Shown: positions 30,680 through 40,137 of the stretch, one piece after another
How the letters are laid out: every line of letters starts with the position of its first letter
How positions within the stretch are numbered: the first letter of the stretch is position 1
Assembly: GCA_034530615.2 (NCBI GenBank)
Contig: JAVRCV020000041.1
Coordinates: forward strand, 202,906 to 266,905
Direction: 5' to 3'
Length of the DNA stretch: 64,000 bases
Origin: Aulosira sp. ZfuVER01
GTDB lineage: Bacteria > Cyanobacteriota > Cyanobacteriia > Cyanobacteriales > Nostocaceae
Notes under the pieces: model-generated
Databases searched by the model: none
Told to the model about the DNA's origin: nothing
Seen by the model: the letters and a program-made list of their open reading frames with translations, nothing else
Made by a program: the position numbers and the translations under genes

Positions 30680-33004
30680 ATGTATACCCGCATACCGCTA
30701 CGAGTTATTTTTATTCTATCCACACTACTCCAGGTGATGACGGCTGTAGGGCTAACTGGATATTTCTCCTTCCGTAATGGACAAAAGGCTGTGAATGAGG
30801 TTGCCACCCAACTGCGGAATGAGGTGGCGGAACGTGTCAAGGAAAGGCTGCTACTCTATGTAGAAACGCCCCATCTGATTAATCGGCTGAATGCAAATGC
30901 CATTGAGTTAGGACATTTAGATACGCAAGATACTGAGTATAAGCAGAAGTATTTCTGGCAGCAGATCCGGACTTTTCCAGTAATCACCTACAACTTTTAT
31001 GGCAGCGTTACCGGAGAATATTTAGGAGCAAGACGTTTAGCAAATGGTCAGCTGCAAGGAATTGAGCGTAATCAGTCTACAGGATACAACCAGTACTTTG
31101 CTACCAATGAACAGGGCGATCGCATCCGTCTGAGTGAATCTCACCCTAATTTCGATGCGCGACAACGCCCTTGGTACAAGGAGGCAGTTCAAGCAGGTAA
31201 ACCGACATGGAGTACAATCTATCGGGACTTCAGTACTGGGGGACTGGCAATTACAGCAGCTCAGCCTGTCTATGACAAGCAAGGGAAACTCAAGGGTGTT
31301 TTGGGTAGCGATTTTATTTTTTCCCAGGTGAATACATTTCTGCAAAGTCTCAAGATTGGTACATCAGGCCAAACGTTTATTATGGAACGTTCGGGAATGC
31401 TGGTTGCCACATCTACAACCGATACAGCCTACCAAATTAACAGTAACCAGACGCAACGGATTAAAGCTTCTGAAAGTCAAAATTATCTCCTCCAGCAGAG
31501 TGCTAAACATTTACAGCAAAGGTTCGGCAATTTTAACCAAATTCGCAAAAGTCAACCACTAGACTTTGATATCCAGGGGAATCGGCAATTTCTCCAGGTG
31601 ACGCCATTACAGGATGGTAGGGGGTTGGATTGGTTGATTGTGGTTGTAATGCCAGAAGCGGATTTTATGGAGCGCATTCAGGCAAATACTCGGATGACAC
31701 TGATGCTTTGTCTGCTATCGCTGATCGTTGCCACAGTGTTGGGACTGCAAACATCTCTGTGGATTGTCAAGCCAATTCAGCGTTTGAACACTGCCGCCAA
31801 GGGACTGGCAGATGGCTGTTGGGAGCAAAAGATACCAATTGAACGAGCTGATGAAATTGGCGAACTGGCTGAGTCGTTCACCTGCATGGCGCAACAGTTA
31901 AAGGAATCGTTCAATACTCTAGAGCAAAAGGTACGCGATCGCACTCAAGCACTAGCGAAAATCAACGGCGAACTGAAAAACAGCAATGCCCTCATCCGGC
32001 AAATCTTTGGGCGCTACCTCAGTGATGAAATTGTCAGCAATCTGCTCGAAAATCCTCTGGGGCTAAAATTAGGCGGGACGCGACGTAAAATCACCATTCT
32101 CATCTCCGATTTACGTGGTTTCACGGCTACAGCAGAACGGCTATCTCCAGAGCAAGTAATCTCCATCCTCAACTTTTACCTGGAATATATGGCGGATGTG
32201 ATTACCCACTACGAAGGTACAATCGATGAGTTCATGGGCGATGGTATCTTAACATTCTTCGGTGCGCCCACCGTCAGAGTAAACGACACAGAAAGAGCGA
32301 TCGCTTGTGCGATCGCCATGCAACAAGCAATGATTCCCGTCAATCAGCAGATGCAGGAATGGGGCTTCCCCGACCTAGAGATGGGCATTGGCATTCATAC
32401 AGGTGAGGTTGTTGTTGGCAATATCGGCTCAGTAAAACGGACAAAGTATGGTGTCGTTGGCAATCACATTAACCTTGCCTACCGCATAGAAGCGTGCAGC
32501 GTCGGCGGACAAATTATCATCTCCGAAGATGTATTGTCTGAAGTGCAGGACATTGTGCAGGTTGATGGAAAGCAACAGGTGCAGATGAAGGGAATCAAAG
32601 ACCCCATTAACTTGTATGAAATCAGCGGCATTGGGGGAGAGTATAATCTGTTTCTCTGCCAGTCGGAAGAACAATTCCTAGCTTTGTCAGAGCCGATTTT
32701 ACTCCAGTACGTCACCTTAGAAAGCAAACACGTAGGCGATCGCTGGTATCAAGCAGAGATGATCCAACTCTCCCACCGGGAAGCCCTAATTCAGCACAAA
32801 AACCTGGAAGAAGAATTACCAATTCCCTTAACGAATTTAAAACTCATTTTGCTGAGTAAAAATCTGCCAGAAGAAGTCAGAGAAGATTTATATGCCAAAG
32901 TATTGGAAAAATCTGCACCAGACGGCAGCTTTTACATCCGGTTTACATCAGTTTCGCCATCTGTGCGGGCAATGCTCGATCGCACTTTTGCCGAGAATGT
33001 TTGA
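30680..33004 (+). CDS. Membrane class III nucleotide cyclase (TM-dCache-TM-HAMP-cyclase), guanylyl-cyclase-like
   Basis: RQRPWY Cache motif, DEIGELA HAMP, SDLRGFT, IDEFMGDG, GIGIHTG, KYGVVG, N...R. Confidence 0.9.
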   Translation: MYTRIPLRVIFILSTLLQVMTAVGLTGYFSFRNGQKAVNEVATQLRNEVAERVKERLLLYVETPHLINRLNANAIELGHLDTQDTEYKQKYFWQQIRTFPVITYNFYGSVTGEYLGARRLANGQLQGIERNQSTGYNQYFATNEQGDRIRLSESHPNFDARQRPWYKEAVQAGKPTWSTIYRDFSTGGLAITAAQPVYDKQGKLKGVLGSDFIFSQVNTFLQSLKIGTSGQTFIMERSGMLVATSTTDTAYQINSNQTQRIKASESQNYLLQQSAKHLQQRFGNFNQIRKSQPLDFDIQGNRQFLQVTPLQDGRGLDWLIVVVMPEADFMERIQANTRMTLMLCLLSLIVATVLGLQTSLWIVKPIQRLNTAAKGLADGCWEQKIPIERADEIGELAESFTCMAQQLKESFNTLEQKVRDRTQALAKINGELKNSNALIRQIFGRYLSDEIVSNLLENPLGLKLGGTRRKITILISDLRGFTATAERLSPEQVISILNFYLEYMADVITHYEGTIDEFMGDGILTFFGAPTVRVNDTERAIACAIAMQQAMIPVNQQMQEWGFPDLEMGIGIHTGEVVVGNIGSVKRTKYGVVGNHINLAYRIEACSVGGQIIISEDVLSEVQDIVQVDGKQQVQMKGIKDPINLYEISGIGGEYNLFLCQSEEQFLALSEPILLQYVTLESKHVGDRWYQAEMIQLSHREALIQHKNLEEELPIPLTNLKLILLSKNLPEEVREDLYAKVLEKSAPDGSFYIRFTSVSPSVRAMLDRTFAENV

Positions 33005-33059
33005 GATAAGCGATCGCATTCTGTTCAACTTCCGGCAATTAAAAATGGGGAGCGATCGC

Positions 33060-33518
33060 TCATAAAATACTCAGATAGGTTTGCTCATAATTCATTGGCA
33101 AAATCCGCAACTTGCGATTTTTCAGATCCGGTTCTAACCCTAAAACTTCCATTGGCGTTACACCCAAAAGAGCATAGGGTACATCTGTTAGTTCCAAACA
33201 ATCAAAAGTGCCTTGGCGTTCTCCAATACTTAGTTCCACATCTCGGAAAATCCTCCCCGGCTTTACTCCCGCAGCCTTCTCTACCTGGGCTTCTCCACCT
33301 TGGACTAAACCTAATTGACTAATAATGCTAGTAGGTAAACACAATAAGGTTGCACCTGTATCCACTAAAACATCATTCAGAGTACAAAAGCGAACTTCGT
33401 CCGCAGAAATGAAGCCTCGTTGAGCCAAAACTCGATCGATTCGATTTGTGACAGTGAGGGTAACTATGACTTGCCCCATTTGCTTACCCTGAAGATTTGG
33501 CAGTACCAGCTTACTCAT
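33060..33518 (-). CDS. Clan AA (retropepsin-like) aspartyl protease
   Basis: LVDTGATLLCLP and ALLGVTPME motifs. Confidence 0.85.
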   Translation of the reverse strand: MSKLVLPNLQGKQMGQVIVTLTVTNRIDRVLAQRGFISADEVRFCTLNDVLVDTGATLLCLPTSIISQLGLVQGGEAQVEKAAGVKPGRIFRDVELSIGERQGTFDCLELTDVPYALLGVTPMEVLGLEPDLKNRKLRILPMNYEQTYLSIL

Positions 33519-33598
33519 TTCAACGACTCCTGCCTAGCATCCTAAATTTATTTTAGTTGGGCTAGGGTTACATCAGTGTCAAAAGATGTGATCGCCTG

Positions 33599-33726
33599 AT
33601 ATCATGTCTGCCAAATTACTTGTGATATGTCATTGCGAGTGCAACGTAGTGAAACGAAGCAATCACAAAGTCTCTGCGATTGCTTCACTCCGTTCGCAAT
33701 GACAAGTTTTCAATCGGACATGATAT
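33599..33726. mobile_element. MITE-like element containing a GTCATTGCG...CGCAATGAC palindrome
   Basis: Outer IR ATATCATGTCTG / CGGACATGATAT; inner palindrome 33628-33704 with GAAGCAATC/GATTGCTTC arms. Confidence 0.65.
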
Positions 33727-33909
33727 GACACAGACTTGACAGCAGTTTTCATTCCAAATCAACGAAACGCTTACGCTGTATACCTGTTTAAATTTTGAAT
33801 TCGTTACTTACATCGCGCCTGTACTTCATACAAACGAAAACTACTGTAAACCAAACAGGCGGCTCATATTACACTGAGATCGCACCCCCACCCCTTCTAC
33901 CTCATCCCC

Positions 33910-36900
33910 TTACCTCCCCACCTCATCACACACCCCCCTCTCCCCCTTACCATTGGGGTTATTGTGCAAATAATCCCGCGCCCAAGCGCAACCCTTCACC
34001 ATTAGGTCATCCAAATCGAGATTCCACAACTTCACGGTGTTGTCATCACTGGCAGAGGCAATGGTTTTGCCATCGGGGCTGAATGCCACGCTATAGACCC
34101 AACTGCTATGGCCTTTGAGGGTTTGCAACTCCTGTCCATTGAGATTCCACAACTTCACGGTGTTGTCATCACTGGCAGAGGCAATGGTTTTGCCATCGGG
34201 GCTGAATGCCACGCGATTGATCGAACTGCTATGGCCTTTGAGGGTTTGCAACTCCTGCCCATTGAGATTCCATAACTTCACGGTGTTGTCATCACTGGCA
34301 GAGGCAATGGTTTTGCCGTCGGGGCTGAATGCCACGCGATTGATCGAACTGCTATGGCCTTTAAGGGTTTGCAACTCTTGCCCATTGAAATTCCATAACT
34401 TCACCGTGTTGTCTTGACCGGCTGTGGCAATGATTTTGCCGTCGGGGCTGAATGCCACGCTATAGACCGAACCGACAGGTAAAGGGAAACGGTTATGGTC
34501 TTTGAGGGTTTGCAACTCCTGCCCATTAAGATTCCATAATGTCACTGTGTCATGACCTGCTGTGGCAATAGTTTTGCCATCGGGGCTAAATGCCACGCTA
34601 TAGACCGAACCGAGAGTTAACCAAACGCTAGGGCTTTTAAGGGTTTGCAACTCCTGCCCATTGAGATTCCACAACTTCACTGTGCCGTCATCACTGGCGG
34701 TGGCAATGGTTTTGCCGTCGGGGCTGAATGCTACGCTATATACTGAACTCTTATGGCCTTTGAGAGTTTGCAACTCCTGCCCATTAAGATTCCACAACTT
34801 CACTGTGCCGTCATCACTAGCGGTGGCAATGGTTTTGCCGTCGGGGTTAAAGGCTACACCATAGACCCTACTGCTATGGCCTTTAAGGGTTTGCAACTCC
34901 TGCCTATTGAGATTCCACAACTTCACTGTCTTATCATCACTAGCGGTGGCAATGGTTTTACCGTCAGGGCTGAAGGCTATGCTAATGACTAAACTGCTAT
35001 GACCTTTAAGGGTTTGCAACTCCTGCCCATTAAGATTCCACAACTTTACTGTCTTGTCAGCACTGGCAGTGGCAATGGTTCTGCCGTCGGGGCTGAAGGC
35101 TACGCTATAGACCCTACTGCTATGACCTTTAAGGGTTTGCAACTCCTGCCCATTAAGATTCCACAACTTCACTGTCCTATCATCACTGGCGGTGGCAATG
35201 GTTTTACCGTCAGGGCTGAAGGCTATGCTAATGACTAAACTGCTATGACCTTTAAGGGTTTGCAACTCCTGCCCATTAAGATTCCACAACTTTACTGTCT
35301 TGTCAGCACTGGCGGTGGCAATGGTTTTGCCGTCGGGGCTGAAGGCTATGCTCATGACCAAACTGCTATGGCCTTTGAGAGTTTGTAACTCTTGCCCTTT
35401 AAAATTCCACAATTTTACTGTCTTATCATCACTGGCGGTGGCAATGATTTTGCCGTCGGGACTGAATGCCACGCTATAGACCGGACTGCTATGGACTTTG
35501 AGACTTTGCAACTCCTGCCCATTGAGATTCCACAACTTCACCATGTTGTTTGAACTGGCGGTGGCAATGGTTTTGCCGTCGGGGCTGAATGCCATGCTAA
35601 TAAACAAACTTCCATGTCCTTTAAGTGTTTGCAACTCCTGCCCATTGAGATTCCACAACTTCACTGTGCCGTCATTACTGGCGGTGGCAATTGTTTTGCC
35701 GTCAGGGCTGAATGCTACGCCCTCAACAGTATTGCTATGGCCTTGTAGTCGGTTACGTTCCTTGATACCATACATCACCTGTTGGATAGTAGTTACCGCC
35801 AAAAGGCGGGTATCTGATTCTACATTTTGATCTGGTTTTTGCAGTTGCTTGCCTAACTTCAAGCCTGCTACTAAAGCCTCAAGCTCTAAATTTGAGGCCA
35901 GCAGGTTTTGTGATTTGAGACTCTGGGCAAGAATTTCAGCATTAACACGGCGTTTATCTGCATCTGCTTTGGCAGCGACAGCTTGCTGTGTTTGCTCCTG
36001 GGCAATATTTCGCTGCTTGTTGGCTTCTCGCAAATTGTTCTCTGCTTGGCTTTTACGTTCTTCCGCTACCTGACGCTGTTCGGCTTCGGCATTTTTAGCT
36101 GCGTTGGCATTCTTGAGAGCAACTGTTAAAGCTGCTCCACGTTGTTCAGCTAACTGTTGTGCAGACTTTGCTTGCGCCTCTCCTTTTTCTGCCCTTTTCT
36201 GCTGCTTTTGAGCAAGGTGTTTTTGCTTGTCTGCCTCTCGGCTTTGCTGTTCTGCCCTTTGCTGCTGCTGTCGAGCATTTTCCGCTTGCAGCTTTGCCAT
36301 ATTGCCTTGATTCTCTGCTATTAGGCGCTGTTGTTCTTCCCTGTTGCGGGCATCTTGAGCAATTAAGCGTTGCCCATTCACATACACAGCCACTCCCGTC
36401 ATTAAACCCGAAAATATCAGCAGTCCCACCACATAAGGCAGCGCAGGTTTCAGCTGCTCCCACCTATCCCGCAAGTTAAAAGGTAAATGTTCATTCAACC
36501 ACTTCCGGTCAAATACTTGCCGATAAATTCGATTTCTAACCTGCAAAACATTCTGCTCTCGCCGCACCACCCCCGACAACTTCAGGTGAGATTTCACTAT
36601 TGACTGTTCCTCATCTACAACCGGACGCTTACCTAAACGAATCTCGCGGTATGTAGTCAAAACCTCAGAGTCAGGTGAGCGTTTAGTCAACATATCCCGC
36701 ACAAACTGCAAATTATTATCTTGCTCGCTCATTGCGCCCAAGAAAGTATTACTTACCACACGGTCAACATCGGCTTTTGACCAACGGTTTTTACCTACCT
36801 CAGTTATGGCACGGCAGAGGCGCTGTGATAAATACGGATGTCCATTTGTCCAATTCAATACCCATCCCAGTACTTGTTGCGCTTCATCTGCGCTCAGTTT

Positions 36901-37554
36901 CAATCCCTCAGCCAGAGGTAAAGCTTCCTCAAAGGTAAAATCAGTCAAATCCACACGCTGACCAATATTAAACGGCGTGCGCTTGGCATCGCGGATTAAA
37001 TCGCCCGGAGTTGCTACCCCCATCAACACCAAAGAAAGACGCTGAAACTCAGGATTAGTCGCACGGGCAACATAGAGATAACGAATCGCTGTATAAAAAT
37101 CATCAGTAAAATCTAAGCTGAGAGTGGAATCAATTTCATCGACAAAAATCACCACTCGTTCTTCTATCTCAGCCAGTAATACCTGCTGAAAAAACAGCGT
37201 CAGCCGTTGCGAAACTCCCAAATGTTCGTGTTCTTGCCACCAACTCACCACATCTGTATCAAACATGAGTTGGTCATCCAGCTTTACCAAAAAGCCAAAA
37301 TACCATTGTTCGGCTGTAACCTGCGCCCCCAATTCCTGAAGGTCAACAATTACCGCCCGTATCCCCTCATCTGCTAGCGTTTGCGCGGTGCGTACCATCA
37401 AACTCGACTTGCCCATCTGGCGGGGTGTGAGGACATAGGCAAAAGTCGCCGCCCTACATAAATTGAGTAATTCTTCATCAGCTTGGCGGGGAATGTAAAT
37501 TCCACCACCAGCTTGCACTGTCCCGCCGACTGTGTAAATGGTTGGGTTAGACAT
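33910..37554 (-). CDS. AAA_35 ATPase + TM + coiled coil + 14 WD40 repeats
   Basis: YIPRQAD, TPRQMGKSS, IFVDEID, TPFNIG, TNGHPYL; TM YVVGLLIFSGLMTGVAVYV; 41-aa WD40 repeats. Confidence 0.93.
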   Translation of the reverse strand: MSNPTIYTVGGTVQAGGGIYIPRQADEELLNLCRAATFAYVLTPRQMGKSSLMVRTAQTLADEGIRAVIVDLQELGAQVTAEQWYFGFLVKLDDQLMFDTDVVSWWQEHEHLGVSQRLTLFFQQVLLAEIEERVVIFVDEIDSTLSLDFTDDFYTAIRYLYVARATNPEFQRLSLVLMGVATPGDLIRDAKRTPFNIGQRVDLTDFTFEEALPLAEGLKLSADEAQQVLGWVLNWTNGHPYLSQRLCRAITEVGKNRWSKADVDRVVSNTFLGAMSEQDNNLQFVRDMLTKRSPDSEVLTTYREIRLGKRPVVDEEQSIVKSHLKLSGVVRREQNVLQVRNRIYRQVFDRKWLNEHLPFNLRDRWEQLKPALPYVVGLLIFSGLMTGVAVYVNGQRLIAQDARNREEQQRLIAENQGNMAKLQAENARQQQQRAEQQSREADKQKHLAQKQQKRAEKGEAQAKSAQQLAEQRGAALTVALKNANAAKNAEAEQRQVAEERKSQAENNLREANKQRNIAQEQTQQAVAAKADADKRRVNAEILAQSLKSQNLLASNLELEALVAGLKLGKQLQKPDQNVESDTRLLAVTTIQQVMYGIKERNRLQGHSNTVEGVAFSPDGKTIATASNDGTVKLWNLNGQELQTLKGHGSLFISMAFSPDGKTIATASSNNMVKLWNLNGQELQSLKVHSSPVYSVAFSPDGKIIATASDDKTVKLWNFKGQELQTLKGHSSLVMSIAFSPDGKTIATASADKTVKLWNLNGQELQTLKGHSSLVISIAFSPDGKTIATASDDRTVKLWNLNGQELQTLKGHSSRVYSVAFSPDGRTIATASADKTVKLWNLNGQELQTLKGHSSLVISIAFSPDGKTIATASDDKTVKLWNLNRQELQTLKGHSSRVYGVAFNPDGKTIATASDDGTVKLWNLNGQELQTLKGHKSSVYSVAFSPDGKTIATASDDGTVKLWNLNGQELQTLKSPSVWLTLGSVYSVAFSPDGKTIATAGHDTVTLWNLNGQELQTLKDHNRFPLPVGSVYSVAFSPDGKIIATAGQDNTVKLWNFNGQELQTLKGHSSSINRVAFSPDGKTIASASDDNTVKLWNLNGQELQTLKGHSSSINRVAFSPDGKTIASASDDNTVKLWNLNGQELQTLKGHSSWVYSVAFSPDGKTIASASDDNTVKLWNLDLDDLMVKGCAWARDYLHNNPNGKGERGVCDEVGR

Positions 37555-37577
37555 AATTATTCCCCGTATTTGCCGAA

Positions 37578-37690
37578 TTGTCATTGCGAGCGCAACGAAG
37601 TGGAGCGTTCGCTGAAAGCGTTCTCGTAGAGTAGCAATCCCAACAATCTTGCGATTGCTTCATTCCGCTGCGCTTCATTCGCAATGACAA
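37578..37690. repeat. GTCATTGCG...CGCAATGAC palindromic element with SDR-like insert
   Basis: Terminal IR plus GCAATC/GATTGC arms; fills most of the gap between the two AAA_35 genes. Confidence 0.75.
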
Positions 37691-37694
37691 GTGT

Positions 37695-39836
37695 TTATCC
37701 ACGCAAGTTCTCCCGAAAATAATCGGCGTAGAGTTGACAACGCGGTATTACCGTTCTCCCCTCCCGGCGCACCAAACCCGCACCCCGCAACCTGAAAAAG
37801 ACGCGCTCATCATCGCAGCTATTATGGCGAATTACCTGGAGCATACTTTGCACCAATTCGGCTTTGCTATGCAATCGAAATAAATGGTTACGCAGATGAT
37901 TACCAAAGGGGCCATTGTCCGCAGTGGCCTTGGCAAATAATTCCGCAGTAGTGAAGCGCTGGCTGGCTATTAAATAAAGCGCCAGCCTGACTAAATAAGG
38001 ATGTCCATTCAGCAACGCCATTAACTGCTGTGCTTCATTAGAGTTCAGCGGTGAACCGTGACGGCGATTGAGGTCTGTAACTTGTGCGGCGGTAAAATCT
38101 TCTAAGTCAATTACCTCGCCCACATTAAACGGCGATTGGTTGAGATTATCAATTAATTGGTAGGGTTCGGTGGAAGTCACTAGCGCTAAATCGAGTTGCT
38201 TCCAAATTGGTGTGGTAGCGCGATTGTTGTGCCAACTGCGGAGCATTCCAAAGAAATCGGAACGGAATTCGGTGTCAAAAACCCTCTCAACTTCATCCAT
38301 TGCTAACACCAAAGGCTGACCAAATTCTTTCAATAAATAGCGCCCGACATAGCGCGTGCAACACTGACTGTTACCTAGCTTGGGATTCCAATATTCATCA
38401 ACTTTATCTGCCATTTCTATTTCATCAGTTAGCCAAGTGCAGAATTGCCGAAAGAATAGGTCACGATTGCTTAAGGCTGCTCGATCAAATAATTGGAAAT
38501 CCAAGAAAGCTACGCGCTTACCTGCATTCACCGCAGCGCTACTTGTGCGAATTAACAAAGAACTCTTGCCCATTTGTCGGGGGCCTTTAATGGTGATAGT
38601 GACACCTTGACGCTGAATCGCATTTAAAGCCAGAACATCACAAGCGCGTTCCACATAAAACTGAGATTCGCCATCCATCGTCCCTTCGGGCATTTCCAGC
38701 GATATCGGCTGTGCGGAAGCAAAAGGCTGCGGTAAAGGTGATACTTCCCGTGGCTGAAGTAAACCAGCTTTATTCGCTTCTCCAATGCTTAATTCGCCCC
38801 CAGAAATCGCCTGCATCAATTCCGCAATCAAGCGCGGTGTATCTTCCGCATCTTGCCAGAATGCCCAGTTAATACCATTAAGATAAGCGCTCAAAGGATA
38901 CTGAAACGGCTCTCGATATGCCAGCCGCACCGGGAGAATCATCGGTTTTCCGCTTTGTTCCTTAGCGAAGCGATTGGCTGTAGCAATTTCTGCCTCCACC
39001 ATCTCACTGTGAATAGAATGCTCAGAAAGGAAAACAATCAAAAAATCTGCTTGCCGAATTTCAGCTTCAATGCGTTCAGCCCAGCGTGTGCCTATGGTGA
39101 TAATTTGGTCGATGAAAACTGTGTGATGCTGAGAAAGCACCTGGTGGACTTGCGATGCTACTTGCTCATCAGGGGTGACATTACGCTTGTAGCTGATAAA
39201 GATGCGTTTGGGTTGGGGGTTGGGGGAAGGGGTAAAGGGGAAAGGGGAAGGGGGTGAAATTGTCGGTTGTGCTGAGGAAGGCTTGCGGCTTTTGAGGACT
39301 GGGGTAGCATACTCAGGGATATTTTCTAAATCAATGGCAATACGCCCAAACTCGTAAGCATCATCGTAGGATCTACCTGCCCCTAGAGCATCATAAAACC
39401 CGACAGCAAATTTAATAGCTGCGCGATCGCCTACCGCTTGATTCATTCCCACTACATAATTAATATGTTGGTGAATCGCTTCTGCTTGCGCCTCACTATA
39501 ACAGGCGTTTAACAGCACACACTCTAGCTTGTCCTGAAATAACTTAAACAGCCTGCCTAGTGATTCTGTACTCACCAGTTGCAACTGTCCATTATCATCC
39601 TCCAAAACCAAACCTTTATCCCCTTGCCCATGTCCCGAAAAATGGACAATCTCAGGTTGATGATCTAAAAGCGCACGCCGCAAATCCTCAGGACGCACAG
39701 CCCATTTCGTAATCATCTCAAACTGATCGCGAATCCGGGCACGTTCCAACCCAGCCTGAATTTCTCGGACTTCCTCATCCAAGCGCAGTTTCGCCGTATT
39801 CTTAGGATTGGCTGATAAAATCAGGATTTTTTTCAC
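37695..39836 (-). CDS. CHAT + TIR + AAA_35 protein
   Basis: CHAT ILILSANP, VHFSGHG, LLNACYS; TIR IFISYKR, VFID, ADFLIVFLS, SEMVEAEI; AAA_35 GPRQMGKSS, LAMDEVE, SPFNVG, GHPYL. Confidence 0.92.
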   Translation of the reverse strand: MKKILILSANPKNTAKLRLDEEVREIQAGLERARIRDQFEMITKWAVRPEDLRRALLDHQPEIVHFSGHGQGDKGLVLEDDNGQLQLVSTESLGRLFKLFQDKLECVLLNACYSEAQAEAIHQHINYVVGMNQAVGDRAAIKFAVGFYDALGAGRSYDDAYEFGRIAIDLENIPEYATPVLKSRKPSSAQPTISPPSPFPFTPSPNPQPKRIFISYKRNVTPDEQVASQVHQVLSQHHTVFIDQIITIGTRWAERIEAEIRQADFLIVFLSEHSIHSEMVEAEIATANRFAKEQSGKPMILPVRLAYREPFQYPLSAYLNGINWAFWQDAEDTPRLIAELMQAISGGELSIGEANKAGLLQPREVSPLPQPFASAQPISLEMPEGTMDGESQFYVERACDVLALNAIQRQGVTITIKGPRQMGKSSLLIRTSSAAVNAGKRVAFLDFQLFDRAALSNRDLFFRQFCTWLTDEIEMADKVDEYWNPKLGNSQCCTRYVGRYLLKEFGQPLVLAMDEVERVFDTEFRSDFFGMLRSWHNNRATTPIWKQLDLALVTSTEPYQLIDNLNQSPFNVGEVIDLEDFTAAQVTDLNRRHGSPLNSNEAQQLMALLNGHPYLVRLALYLIASQRFTTAELFAKATADNGPFGNHLRNHLFRLHSKAELVQSMLQVIRHNSCDDERVFFRLRGAGLVRREGRTVIPRCQLYADYFRENLRG

Positions 39837-39919
39837 ACTGCCATCAAATGTTGCAACCAGGCTTTGTCTTTAGTTGCAGTTTACTACAGCAAAGTTACGG
39901 AGAATTACGGGCAGAATAT

Positions 39920-39995
39920 TGTCATTGCGAGTGTAGCGAAGCGAAACGACGCAATCGCAAGGGTTTGGCATTGCTTCACTTCGTCCGCAATGACA
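39920..39995. repeat. GTCATTGCG...CGCAATGAC palindromic element
   Basis: Third copy of the family. Confidence 0.75.
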
Positions 39996-40137
39996 TAAAT
40001 TATAACTAATTAGGCGATCGCACTTTTGTACGATGATACTTGAGATGAACCGATGCGATGCCTCCAGCAAGCCACTCTGTGTCTACGCACACTTTATCGC
40101 AACACCTCTTGCAAATAGACAAGCTGTAGTCACTCAA

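Noticed and set aside
34020..35760. Diversity-generating retroelement acting on the WD40 repeats
   Set aside because: No reverse transcriptase or template repeat in the window, and the variation is not obviously adenine-specific
34115..36479. Repetitive plus-strand ORFs
   Set aside because: Antisense shadows of the WD40 and coiled-coil coding region
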